Assembly (NCBI GenBank): GCA_964252035.1
Contig: OZ176204.1
Direction: 5' to 3' (one strand)
From: Podarcis erhardii
Taxonomy: Eukaryota
Length of the DNA stretch: 64,000 nt
Numbering within the stretch: position 1 is the first letter of the stretch; each line of letters starts with the position of its first letter. Below are positions 50,261 through 63,421 of the stretch, piece after piece. The notes beneath the pieces are model-generated. The model was given only the letters and a program-made list of their open reading frames with translations. It did no database searches and was not told the DNA's origin. The position numbers and the translations under genes are program-made.

Positions 50261-51146
50261 CTGCAAAGGAACAAAGAAAAGACTCTGGCCTGGATCCAAA
50301 GTTAGTTTCTCACACCCAAGGGAGCTTTGGAGTTGTGTCTAAAGCATGTGGGGAGCTTTCCAAAACATGAAAGGCTTTCTGCTGCAGACTATCACCTTCT
50401 GGAAGTTGGAAGGTGACTGAAACAGTGATGGAGGGTGTGAAGCTGGCATGCTTATCCCAATTGCTACTCCTTGCCTCTTTCCATTTCCCTAAAAAGAGCT
50501 ATTGCATTACGGTAACTATTGACAATGACATGGAACAATATCTATCTGTCCAAAGCTGCAATTGTTCATAAAATTAACCTGCACTGGATGCAGTGCTCGT
50601 TAAATTAAAAAGAGCACAAAAAGTAAAATAAAATTATTTTCTTTTCACTATTCACCTCTTGCTTTCCTGTACAATGGCGAGCTTCTCACTATCATTATTT
50701 GATGTGTGAAAAGCCCCAGTCATATTGCTCACAGCCATCCCTTTCTGATTTACTTGCGAATCTTAAGTGCTTCATAAAAGAGAGCGAGGGAGCGAAACAG
50801 AGCAGGAAACACATAGACCAGCTGCTTAGAAAGAGGAGTATAAATAACCTTTCACCCCATTGAAGATTATTATCTGTTCTGCATTCAGAGAGTGATGAGG
50901 TTATAATGGAAACTCGTATTGACTTGTCTCTCTCTGTAGAGGGTTCTTAGCTTCAAACATGTGTTGTTGCTTCATCGACATCAGAAAACCATCTATATAA
51001 ATACGAAGTATAAATCTTTCATCTTTTAAAGGGAATTTTAGAGCATATTGACAAACTGGCAGGCTGGATTCCTCATTCACTTCGTAGATCAGGTAACCTC
51101 AGCGGAAATACCTTCCGCAAGTGCAGAACGGACTTTGTCTTCCAAA

Positions 51147-51289
51147 GAATCATAGCTCTGTGGTAGAACATCAGCTTCTCATGCAGATGTTCCCAGGTTC
51201 AGTCCTGGATTCCCTGCCTTAAAGCCTGGAGAGCTTTAAGTGTAGATGATAGGGAGACCAATGATCTAAGTCAGTATAAGGCAGCTTTC
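51147..51289 (+). mobile_element. tRNA-head / CR1-tail SINE with 11-bp TSD
   Basis: TAGCTCTGTGGTAGAAC...CCCAGGTTCAGTCC; TGTCTTCCAAA at 51136-51146 and 51290-51300. Confidence 0.75.
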
Positions 51290-52508
51290 TGTCTTCCAAA
51301 CCAACTTGATAACAAAGCTTTTCTCTGGGAAGGTAACCAAGAAGTGTCATCATTTTGGCTCATGAATTCAGGCGCTGATGGGAGCTCATTTCAGACTGGA
51401 CCAGTTCACCAAGCTGAATGAAACCCACTGTCCATTTATGGCAACCCATCAGGGGGGTGGGTCAATAAACTTTCTAATTTAGTACTGCAAAAACAGGGTG
51501 GGATTAGTTGTGGGGTGTGAAGCACTCGGCTGGTTACAGTATATGCCTATTAAGCTGCATTCGAGAGAGAAGCATGTGTGAGTGAACCCCCCTGCACATC
51601 TTAGACAGCAATCGGCCATCAGGGGCTATTTCCGATCTGTATTGGAAAGGAAACATGTGGTTTTGAAACAGAAGGTTGAATATCTCCTCTCTTTCCCACC
51701 CAGCACTGCCACGCTTTCCAGAAGATGATTCTGCCCACTCACGTGTGAGATCCTACCTCCAGCACTGCATCCCCTCCCTTCAACAAAAGCCTTGCTGGCC
51801 TTTAATTGGACCTTAAAGACCTTTTTATTCTGGTTGGCTTTGGGGTGGTTTATGGTGCTGTGTTTTTAATAACTGGTTTATCTGCTGTTAGTTTTATAAG
51901 ATGGTTAGACCTGATTTATTTATTTGCTGCTGTTACTCTACTGTTTTAATGTGTGTGGGAGTCTGATCTTATTATATTGGTTTACTGGCTGTTGTAAACT
52001 GGCTTGGGAGGATTATTTATCTTGAAAGGCAGTATAAAATTCCATTAAATAACCAATCCTTTGCACATCTACTCAGAAGTAATCCCTGTTAAGTGCAATT
52101 GGGATTACTGCTAGGTAACTCTATATACAAGATTGCAGCCTAAATAACTAAACAGAGACACTGGGTGACCCAGGCTCCTGCAGAAGAATTCAGGGGAAGA
52201 ACACAGCATAAGATGAAGAATGCAGTATAAAATGGACCACTTTTCAGAATGAATTGAGATCCAAAGTTATTTTAGGAAGTCAAATACATGCAGAAAGGAA
52301 GTATCCATGTGCATAAAGGACTCGCCATACTCAATAGGTCAAACTTCATTTCTCTGGCCTCATTTTCAAAACTCTGCCTCTTGAAATTCAAGAACCAGTA
52401 TCTACTACAAAAATGGCCATTATTGCATACTCTTCCAGTTAAATTACTACTATTATCATTATTACAGCTGAGCTTTCTAATGGACAGTGTGGGGTTCATT
52501 TGTTTTTG

Positions 52509-52564
<56 letters not shown>

Positions 52565-52731
52565 TTGGGGGAAGGTGGCTTTTGGTAGTATGGAGGACAA
52601 CATCAAAAGCTTATTACCCAATTATATTCTAATTCAAGACCAACTGTATCCCGTCTTGTACATTCTCCAAGATGGAGATATGATGGCATGGGCCTTTTTT
52701 CATCATCTGTTTTTATATGCCTTTCATTATA

Positions 52732-52973
52732 CAGTGGTACCTTGGGTTACAAACACCTCGGGTTGCAAACATTTCAGGTTACATACTCCACTAACTGGGA
52801 AGTAGTACCTTGGGTTAAGAACTTTGCCCCAGGATGAGAACAAAAATCTCATGCTGGTGGTGTGGCAACAGTGGGAGGCCCCATTAGCTAAAGTGGTACC
52901 TCAGGTTAAGAACAGTTTCAGGTTAAGAACAGACCTCTGGAACAAATTAAGTTCATAACCAGAGGTACCACTG
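52732..52973. mobile_element. Tc1/mariner-superfamily MITE with TA TSD
   Basis: TA|CAGTGGTACCTTGGG ... AGAGGTACCACTG|TA. Confidence 0.9.
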
Positions 52974-55530
52974 TAAGATTGATACGGACATTTCCAAAAC
53001 ATGGAGACCATCAACAATTAACAGGATAATCTCATACGAATCTGATGCATAATTATGGATGTTGACAGTGACCAATAGGTGATTATATTCCCTGGTCATC
53101 CTCCTTATGTTCAGACATTTGCCAGATGCACAATGGTGAACTTGTCAACATTGTTTTGTGATTGTCAACTGTCACCACATTTTGGACCTTCACAGTAACA
53201 GATGTGCTTTAAATATTTTAAGAGACATTTCAGTCTTCAAGTACTGGTTAGCAAGAGATGATGAACAGATAGACTTTGTAGCCCATCAAATGACACATTT
53301 CAAAATGTGTGTGCTGCCTTTTTTCGGCATTCACTCCTAATCTTGGTAATCACAGGAAAAGATAAGGACAGAACTTCTGTCGCAGAAGCCTAATGTCTGT
53401 GCGCAGAGGAGGGGCTCAAGAGAGATGAGAGACACGATGGTTTCTCTCATTGCTCAAAGTGCGTAGGCAGAGGGCTGGAGCGTCACCTGGGCCTTTGGAA
53501 AGAACAGAACTATTGATCTGAATTGCGCAGGGTACAAAAATGTTAAAAATAAACCCGTACTCCTTTCTTCCTGCTTGAGAGAGAAATTATGTGTTCCTGC
53601 TCTCCTCAGCAAATCAAAAGAATGAGCGATTTATTAGCCAGGATAATAGACTTGGCTTCTAATGTGCCTAATTCGTCACTCGCTAAAGGTTTATACCAGG
53701 CCTGTCATTGGTAAAGGAGGAAATGATTGATCTGTGATTCCATTGGCACCACAAAATGCAGGAAGATATGCAGATGAAGATGTTACTTCAACAAAAGGCT
53801 ACCTGGATTCATGCTGTTGCTGAGAGACAGCTGAACATCCTTGTAAGCCTTTGGTATTCATGGCACACGCCTGCTTGGAATTATTAATCTGGTCAGGATC
53901 AAGTGAAAGGTCACAGATAGCTATCATGAACCATAGAATCAGGCCAGAACAGAGGAGGGCAATCCCAAGGGTCATCTAGTCCAATGCCCTGCAATACAGA
54001 AATCTCATTTAAAGAATACCTGACAGGTATTCATATATTTTACCCCTCGCTCCAAAAATAATAATACTCCCAAACATTTCTAACTTCCCATTTGAGCAGG
54101 GAAAGAGTTGTGGGCAAGGATGGTCCTACCATAAGAAAGAGTGAAGCAACTGTCTCAGGTGGGATATGCTGTTGGCAACAGCCTCCTTTGCTGTTCCTCC
54201 TGAGGCTCTCAGCCATTCCCCTCTGCTGGAGGGCAGAGACATGTGACCTGGCTCCCCTAAACTAGACTCATGTCTTAGTTTCTCTGGAAGACTCCATCTC
54301 ATTGCCAGTGCTGTAGTAAGACTCGGGCGGCTGATCCAACCACCCCTGTGACCCCATACACATACTACAGCACTGGCCTGACCCAGGAAGTGATCAAATA
54401 TTTCATTCTACACTCAAGGGTAGTATCAGTTAAACCCTTCAGCTGCCATATGCACTGACTCTCTGCCTAAATATCCCCATGCCGACCCTTCCTACCAAAT
54501 ATGCATTTCACTCCAGAAATAAACAAAGGAATTATTCTGGATGCTATTCTGCTGCCATTTAAAAGGTAAGAATGGCAGACAGCTCCAAATTAATCTCCTC
54601 GGAGCAGGAGTTGTCTTAACATATAAAGTTGCAACGACAGTGGAAAGCAATTGTTTTGGAACATTTCCTTTTTCCCTCTCCTAGCTTTAATTCTTTTGTG
54701 CCACTGTTGTTGTTTTGTTTTGGCAGTTGTGAATAATTCCCTTCAACAATCTCGTTCTTCAGGCTGTTAACGCAGGTGACCTTTTATATCGGAGCCACCG
54801 CTTCCCAGGCATTTATTGAAGTGGTACTTAAAATGGATTTAACATGACATTTGGGTAATCAGAAGTTGATCATTAATGGAAGCAACTGTGTGGTGCAGCT
54901 GTAAGAAGCAGTACCCACTTCACTGAAAAAACCTTTAAGAAGAGCATAAGAATAGCCTTGCTGGTTCAGACCAAGATCTGTTTCATTTTGAACAGCAGCC
55001 AGCCAGATGCCTCTGGAAGCTTATAAGTGGGACACACAGGTAAAGACCACCCACTGTTGCTGCCCCCAGCACCTAGGGCAGGGAACATGCAGCACTCCAT
55101 GTATTGATGGATTCCATATCCCATCCACCCTAGTCAACATGGCCAATGGTCAGGAGTGATGGCAATTTGTAGTCCTGTATGTCTGATGACTTTGCTACTT
55201 CTATACATGCATGCTCCACTGAGCCACCATGCCTAATATCTGTCAACAGACCTATGTCCTACAGATGTGTCTGATCCTTTCTTAAAAAATCCAGCTAAGA
55301 CGATGGCTTTCAGCTCATGTTGTGGTAGCAAAGTGAACACTGCATCGTTTGAAGAGCATTTTGTCATTTCTGAAGCTCCTGCTGGTCAGCGCCATTGACT
55401 ATTCCTATTCAGATGTTGTGAGAAGAGGGAGAGGCAGGGAAATGCCTTTGGCCACTCTTTTCATTTATCATGATTTTATAAACCTCTATTTTTCTCCCAC
55501 CACCCTCTTAGCTTTGAGGAAAGACCATAA

Positions 55531-55645
55531 CCCAGGCAGCCCTGTATAGGGAAGCTTTTTTAAATGTTTTATGTTTTATTGTGTGTTTTTTATATGTGTT
55601 GGAAGCTGCTGAGAGTGGCTGAGACAACCCAGTCAGACGGGCAGG

Positions 55646-55677
<32 letters not shown>

Positions 55678-55733
55678 AAGAAGAAGAAGAAGAAGACACC
55701 TCTATTTTCATCGGAGAAATGTTGGAGGGTATG
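55531..55733 (+). mobile_element. Right part of the composite TIR / L2-tail element, with (GAA)n expansion
   Basis: CCTGTATAGGGAAG L2-like tail, (GAA)n at about 55648-55696, then CTATTTTCATCGGAGAAATGTTGGAGGGTATG. Confidence 0.65.
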
Positions 55734-58700
55734 TAATGCTTCTGGCACCACCCACCACTGTCATGTGCCCCCCCCCCGCAAATAAGAAGCTGCCCAGAAC
55801 AGAATGAAACCCTCAACCTGAAAATGTTTCCTACCCCTAATTATTATATATCCTACCATGTCTTTTTCTAAGCTAAAAAAAAACCTGAACACCACAGGGA
55901 AGCTGTTCTAAACCTGTCATCATTTTAGTTGGTCCTTTCTGATACCCTTTTGAAATGACCCTTAGGTTCTACTCTCAAAATATCCTACTAGTGGGAAGCT
56001 TGAACACCAGCCAAGTTGAGTATACAGCCCTCAGATATTCTATTGTATCAATTTAATTATGAGAGGGAATTAGATCTCATTACATATTAACTGTAGCCCC
56101 CCCAATCTCTCTCAGGTTTGCAAAACCAATTCTCATTTATTTGTATTTGAAATCGCAAAAGTCAAATGTGATCAAACAGATTTTCTCCTGTTTTGTGATC
56201 AAACAGACTGAGAACATTAATCAGAGCTTCTGACTCAGCTAATCAAAACGATTAAGACACTTGCTAATAGAATCCAGGTGGCAGGAGTATTGTCACCGTG
56301 GAAACAAATCCTGCTTTTGCAAAAGTGCGCAAAAGATCTGGTCAAAACTGGCTGGCAAATTACAATGGCTAGAATGTCAAGATCAAGGACTGTCAAGTAA
56401 TTTATCTGCTGTTCATGATCAATTTCCCTTAAAATTTGATTACAAGTCTGCTATGTGAAGACTCTTCTCCTCTAACTTCTGTTCTCAATATGGTTTCTAG
56501 GACATTGGAATTCCAGGCTCAAATCCTGATTCAAGTCCTCACCAAGTGGCTTTGGGGAGATATAATCCACCAACATGCACAGGTAGAACAAATGTATAGC
56601 ATGCTGTAGTGGACAGTTTTGAAGCTGGACCAGAGTGATAGGTCTTCCACTCCTTGCTCAGCCATGAAGTTCTGTGTACTTGACTGCAGCACCATTTCCC
56701 AGTTTAAATCAGTTGTAGGCAATGTTGTTCTTTCCAGGTGCTCTTGAACTTCCATTTGTCCCAGCCAGAATGGTCAATGGTCCAGGAAGATGGGAGTTAT
56801 TTAAACATTTTGGAGGGCCCTGCATTGGCACCTCCTGGTTTAAATAATCTCAGAGGGATGATGTGAGATTAAAATTGGATGATGCCATGCATGTCACCCT
56901 GGGTTTCTTCAAGGATGTAATAAATCAAGGAATTTCATGCTGTGGTGTACGGAACCTTATGGTTCTTCGATGAGAAGATCAATAAAGGTGGGCAACCTAC
57001 CCTGAAAGACAACTTCCTCATGAAGTATCTAAACACTATTCTATGGATGTCAGAGAACTGCTGTATCTGTATACAGCTCCAATAACTCTCACACGATTTC
57101 AACGTCCTATATAGATACAGGGAAATAAGTTTGCATAAAGGTCCTTCAGGTTAATCTACATTTTAGCTATCTTGTTAATGGGCCTTTAGACCAGTCAACC
57201 ATCACCCTAGGCTTCCAGTTTTGAGAAAAGTTTATCCTCCCCATCATGGGTGGGTCCGGCATCCATCATTATTGATCCTCCTTCATAACACACAGCCACA
57301 GGTAATTGTTGAGTGTACTGTAGTTCAGACATACCCATTCCACAAAGAGCAATTCTAGGTAAAGGTGCTGTGTACAGTCTGGAATATGCTCATCTGGAGG
57401 TTCCTCAGCTGACAAGTCGAGATGGAAAGCGCTTCTCCAATATATATTTTTTTCTAAAGTTAAAATGCACTGCAATAAATCAGAAGCTTTCAACAGGAAC
57501 ATATTTGGGGAATAGATTTGATCTGTGATAACATCCGACTCCCAGAATAATGGATTTTAGTCCTTATATGTTTGTAAATGTAACATCACTTATTTAAAAA
57601 GAAGTGTTCAAAAATAAGCTTGAGACTTGTTTTGTTGCATCCAGTATCCTCCAGTCTGTTGTGTAAAAAGCACATCTGGGAAAGACTCATCTGTCACCTG
57701 GGCACTTCAGCAGAATTGTGCTAAATATTCATCCCTAATGAAAAATGAAGCAGAGTTGAGGTTTTTTGGTTTTTTTATATATTTAAAAAAAACCTTTCGT
57801 TGCTTCTGTAGATGCTAAGTTCTGAATCATATGAACTTACAAAAAAATCTCATGGCAGAAGGCACAGTATACTGGAAACTGGTGGTTAAATATAAGGACT
57901 AGGATGCAAAGCATCGCTTAAATTCACAAAACAAGCTTGTAGTAAGCAAGTGGAATTTCTGGGTTTGCTTTGTTCTTGAGCAGCTGACCCCCTGGCTCCC
58001 AAAAACAATACTGTATCACAAACTAGTTTCAAAATCCCTCTGGCTTTCAAGAGGAGTAATATACATAGCATAAGGGGCTACTGTTCAATAAAAAATAATC
58101 TGAAGCTCCATTGGTTTAACAGAACCTCTTCAAAATAAACTCAGAAACCCTGAAAGGAATGAAGGAGGTCTATGTTCAGATTCCTGATCCAACACAGACC
58201 TCAGTGAATGATCAAGAACTAGTCATTATCTTTCATAAAGACATGGGGCTTGAACCCATGACCCAGACATGAAGAGTCTCATTACCGTGTGCTGTTGTGG
58301 CTAGAATGCTGGAGTGTCACCATGGAGACCAGAGTTCAAATTCCCATTCAGATACAAAACTCACTGAGTGGCCTGGTGCCACCAGTCTCTCTCAGCCTAA
58401 GGGTTTGTTGGGAGAATAAATCGGTATTCACTGCATCCATGAACACCACTGTTAACTATACTTGGCTGGGTTCATGCCTGAAATCTATTTTTCCATGTTC
58501 GGGGAATAAGTCTTTCGAGAACACTGATGGCTGGAGGGGATTGCACTCTGCTGCCAGGGGGATCTTTACAGGTCATGATGGTGGGGGGACTGATGCAAAA
58601 CAGAAGACAAACTAGGGCTTCCAAGAGCAAGTTAGGCAGGGACCACTCTCCAAAGTCCAAAGGTAAAGATGCAGCAGACATCAGAGGAGATCAGGGGAGC

Positions 58701-60043
58701 TGTTGGCAACATAGATGCCAGCAGGGACCCTCCAAGACAGATGAGAATGCATGATGATTACAGGGTTCGTAGTGGCAAGACCAGTTACAGCCTTGGGCAA
58801 CAAAACCAGGAACTCAACTTCATGTTGTCTGATCTTTCATGATTTCGTGTTTTTGCAAACCTGCTACAGGAAGAATAAGGGCAGCACTCAATTAGAAAGG
58901 CAAATGACTCGTGGAATACTCAGCGTAATAGCGTCAAGCAAATTTGAAAGTTCAAACCATTTCCAATTTGTAGCGGCATCGTACAGTCTTAACAGAGCAA
59001 GTGTTGCCAAATAGCACCATTAGCATTTACATTCCGAAAGGACACCATATGCAGCTAAGGAGTATCGATTATCACCCTCCATTGGAAGAGAAATTAAAAC
59101 CAAGGAAGGTGTGACGGTTTGGGGGATGAGATATGCACGGAATGCTTTTAACAAATGTGGAGGGACCAGTAAGCTCTCGCCTGCCTGAAAGGAAATGCAA
59201 TTACTGTATTTGCAGTGATAATTCAAATAAATAAATAAATACCACGGCAATCCAAAACAAAACTCCCCCGCATATTTCTCAGTGTTAAAACTCAGTCATG
59301 AAGCAGTAGCATGGCAGTCCGAAAGAGCGCTCCATGTACATAGATACCTGGCAATGCAAGCATACCTTGGTCTCTCCTCTTCCCATGCACCTTCATTTTT
59401 GTTCCTAGAAAACTCTAAGGGGCAGGGAAGCTATCTGAGCTAACAGAATGAGAAGGAAACCAGCTTTGGAGTATTCCTCACAGAATCCTCAGGAGATAGA
59501 AATACACTATTATATTGCATAGGCAGGCCTTGGGGCGGGGGGGGGGGCAGATGTTCCCAGTTAACATGGAGAGGGCCACATCAGTACTGATAAGCAGAAT
59601 ACAGTGATCCCTCCTCTTAAGCACATGTGACTTCGCATGTGATTTCATCATACGCAGTTGAAGACGGGCTGGTTGAAATTGCACAAGTCAAGTCCCATGC
59701 AAGGTGGAGAGCTTAGAAGCTTTTTGTGCGCCGGGTCCACCACTCTTAACCACTATACCACCACTGTAAGATCTCATGGGGCAATCTGACTTCCCATGTC
59801 TAGCATCCTTAGACATCCAGAGCTGGCAAACTGAGCAGGACTTGCCCCCTGCCCCAGCAAGCAAGACAGAGAATTTAAAGGCTCTTTTCAGGCTGTGTAA
59901 CCCCAAGAAGGTTATCATATGTCCATTAACTGAGTCTGAGTAGAACTTAGTTGGATATTACCCATAAATTTGTGGGTAGAAAGGAAATAAATGAGATCCT
60001 TGTGACAAAGGATGAGATATGCATTGTTCCTGTGGTTGGCTAC

Positions 60044-60113
<70 letters not shown>

Positions 60114-61770
60114 TGTGTGTTGGGTGTAATAAGGAATTTGCATTTTAAAAAGGAGTTTGGATAAAATCCAAAATCTAGACATTACAGGTATGTGACTGTT
60201 GCCAAAATGAATAGTCCTGTGTTTCCTTTTCCTCTCTCCCCTGCAGAAATGTGCTGCAAAAAAAGCCATAGGATATGATGTCATTATGCTCCTAATTTCC
60301 TCACCTACAACCCCCCCCCCCTCTGGCCAAATGTCAGGCAATAAAGAAGCTGAAAGGATGGAGACAGTAAGATAATGAAGGAATGGGAGACTGGAAGAGT
60401 AAAGCAGATGAAGATTAATCAAGCCTGTTCCTAGGCAGAGGTGGGTGTCATGGCGTCCTAAGGATGTTGTAGACAAAGTGTGGGGAATCTCTCCCCCCCA
60501 GTCCAACTGCATTCCCTCATGGTCTACCTTTTGGGGGCCATCTTCCAAAGGTTGTCAGAGCCAGAGGAAAAATTGGGCAGAGCATTTTTAGCCATATGCA
60601 TGTCAGAGGGTTCTGTGCACACACCTCCATATTCCATACAGGCAAGCGAGAGGAATTGCTACAGCTGAAATATACATCTCAGCCAGTCTAAAGCACTTGA
60701 GGAGGCTGTGGAACAGGACTGGTGAGGGGTGTGGCTTCAAGAGATGGAGTGTGGCCTGAGGATCATCTCAGGCAGAAAGGCTTCGGGAGCTGCATTCAGA
60801 CCCCAGGCCAGAGGTTCCTTTCCCTGCTGTACATACAGCATACCTAGGGTCTTACCCATTTTGCTTTCTTCATTTTTTAAAAAACACTCTTCCTCTTCAC
60901 CTTCACAACCACAGGAGGGTAGTCAAGGAGGCAGATGCAAGGAAAAGTGAAAACAAAAATTATGGTGGCATACCTCGTATAGTTATGGATGGATGTAACC
61001 TATGATTTATTAACAATTGAAATTGAAAACCTCATTTAACAAGGTAAACGAGGCTGTGGATGTCTGCACAGACCTTGAATTTCCTTTTATTGGGCTTAAC
61101 AAAATAATTATTTCATGAAAGGTAGGAATTTGTTGCAATTTTTAAAAGTGGGTACTTATCTTTGGGGCATTTCTCCCATATTTCACTTAATTACAGTATT
61201 CAGGAATTTGACCTAGTCTTACCTTACAAATTATTTATCTTGGAAATCAAGCATACTTAACTCAGTAGACTCTGCCAGCCTTGAGGTGGCAGGATTTTAG
61301 CAGCATCCTTCTGCTAACTATGTCAAAGAAAATAAATCAAGCATAATGAGCATGTGCTTTAAGCTCATATTTAGACTTCTCACCAATAAAACAAAAAAAC
61401 TCTGATCATCAAAATGACATTTATAGGAAGTGGGAAGACAAAGTATCACCAAACATCTGTTAAGGAAGATTGTTCTCAGGCTATGGTTGAGAACAAAGAT
61501 TGTACTTCAAAGGGTCAACATGGAGGTCAGGGCATGGAAGACTCTGCAGCAGAACTCCTGTCACATCACTGGGACAATGTGTGAAGCTCTGAGGCATGTG
61601 TGAAGCCCCAGGCCACATGGGAGGAGCTGCAGCATGGGTTGCACCCACATTACTTGTGGGCTTCCTGCATTACTTTGGTGATGCAGAAAAAAGCCCCATC
61701 ACAGTAGCTTCTAGTCCAACATTACCAGCATACCATCGGGTGAAGGTTGGTGGGCAGAAGAAGGGTGGGA

Positions 61771-61990
61771 AGAATGTTGGAAGATTCAAGACAGACAAAA
61801 GGAAGTACTCCTTCACACAGAACATAGTTAAACTATGGAACTCACATCGACAAGAGGCAGTGATGACCACCAGCTTGGATGGCTGTTAAAAATTAGACAA
61901 AATTCATGGAGGATGTGGCTGTCATTGGCGACCAACCATGATGGCTATGTTCACCTTCACTGCCAGTGCTACATGCTAGTTGCTGGAAAC
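61771..61990 (+). mobile_element. Decayed CR1 LINE ORF2 3' end
   Basis: GRFKTDKRKYSFTQNIVKLWNS motif typical of CR1 ORF2 C-termini. Confidence 0.75.
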
Positions 61991-62139
61991 AACGGAAAGG
62001 GGAAGCACTGTTGTGCTCAGGGAAGAAGACAATGGTGGACTAGATGGTTCACTGACTTGAGCCAACCAGCAGCTGGTAGATTAAAGGGTTGCTACAAAAT
62101 GCCTGTTGCTACTGTGTTATATATAATCAACCCAACTCA

Positions 62140-62323
62140 ATTGTCCAGTAGCACCTTAGAGACCAACTAAGTTTGTTCTTGGTATAAGCTTTCATGTGCA
62201 TGCACACTTCTTCAGATACCAAGAACAAACTTAGTTGCTCTCTAAGGTGCTACTGGACATTTTTTTATTTTTTATATATATTTCAACAGCGTCAGACCAA
62301 CACGGCTACCTACCTGAATCTAT
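62140..62323. mobile_element. Penelope-like inverted terminal-repeat insertion with 10-bp TSD
   Basis: 44-bp arms (62142-62185 / 62216-62259, one mismatch); ACCCAACTCA at 62130-62139 and 62324-62333; same family as 39967-40168 in the opposite orientation. Confidence 0.85.
62181..62220 (-). ncRNA. Minimal type I hammerhead ribozyme (Penelope-associated)
   Basis: Minus strand: GGTAT-CTGAAGA-A-GTGTGCATGCACAT-GAAAGCTT|ATACC. CUGANGA and GAAA cores, palindromic stem II, AGCU-type stem III, paired stem I. Confidence 0.7.
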
Positions 62324-63421
62324 ACCCAACTCAGTTGGTTTAGATTAAACCTGTCTCTGCTATTGGCTCATCACCTATAAAAGAAATATTGTGTTTGACA
62401 TCTAACTTACTGCTATTTCCAAGACAGTTAAAAATGGGCCCAGAAATCCATTTCAAGGCACCCTCATTTAAAGAGAAGGAAACAGGAGACTAAACCAAAA
62501 AGGTGGAGTTATTTATCTCTCGCTCTCCTCTGCAGAAGAATGCTGCACAAATATCCTGAAGCATAATAAAGGAGCTTCTGGCAATAAATTAAACCATGAT
62601 TCAACAAACAGTCCATCAAGTGCCTTAAGGTAATGTCCCCATCAGCTTTGCAAGATGGAACATCTGGAAAATTAATGCATGATTCATAGGTGGATCTTAT
62701 AGGCTTGGCCTCAGGATATTGTAGACATCACAGATGAGAACTTCATGCTCCTGCTATAATGTTTATATCTGCTCTCGTTCCAGGTACATACAGAGAAAGA
62801 GAGAAAGAGAGAAAGAGAGAGAGAGAGAGAGAGACTGCCATTGCCTTGAAATTAAATGGGGGTGTGAGAGATCAACAACATGAAACAGTAGTTTAATATG
62901 GTTTCAAAACACTGTATGACAAGTAGGATGCTGCAATTTTGATCCAATCCTGAACCTGTAATGACATCTGTTTTCGAACAATTTCACTAGGGCTGTGCTA
63001 GCAGCCCTGCTTGCTTCACAACCCAATCTGGAGCTTTGAAATGGACCCCTATTCCATTTGGATCACTTTTTGGGTTGGTGGTGGGGTCTTGCCTTTCCTT
63101 GGACACTGAATCCAAAACAATATTCAGAAAAATGAAGCTTCAGTCCTCCCAATGACTTGCTTCAGGAGACCAAAACAGCCATAACCTTTCAGTTTTTTCA
63201 CATAGGCACATGAAACCTCCAGATATAGTAGCCTCCAAGAATGGGTTAAAGCAACCAGATTTCAGATGAATAGATCAAGGGGCTTCTGTGCTAGCCACCT
63301 GTAAAGCTTGCTTTTTACAAAACAATTCCAAACGTAAAGCTAAGTTGTAAGTAACTTAGAACTGAAAACTGATAAGTATAAACATCTTGTAAGACACAGG
63401 CAAGCGACAACAGACTTTTAA

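Noticed and set aside
54660-54790. Three stacked + strand acceptors before a CAG|gtgacc donor
   Set aside because: The longer exon options gave stops in the frames I checked and the 13-nt option shifts frame; insufficient support.
60200-60380. Strong acceptor at about 60246 with downstream gtaaga
   Set aside because: The intervening sequence contains an A run and a long C run, unlike a constrained exon.
59958-60548. 196-aa minus-strand ORF
   Set aside because: Runs through (CA)n(GA)n microsatellites (HTHT/ERER) and a poly-G; no recognisable domain.
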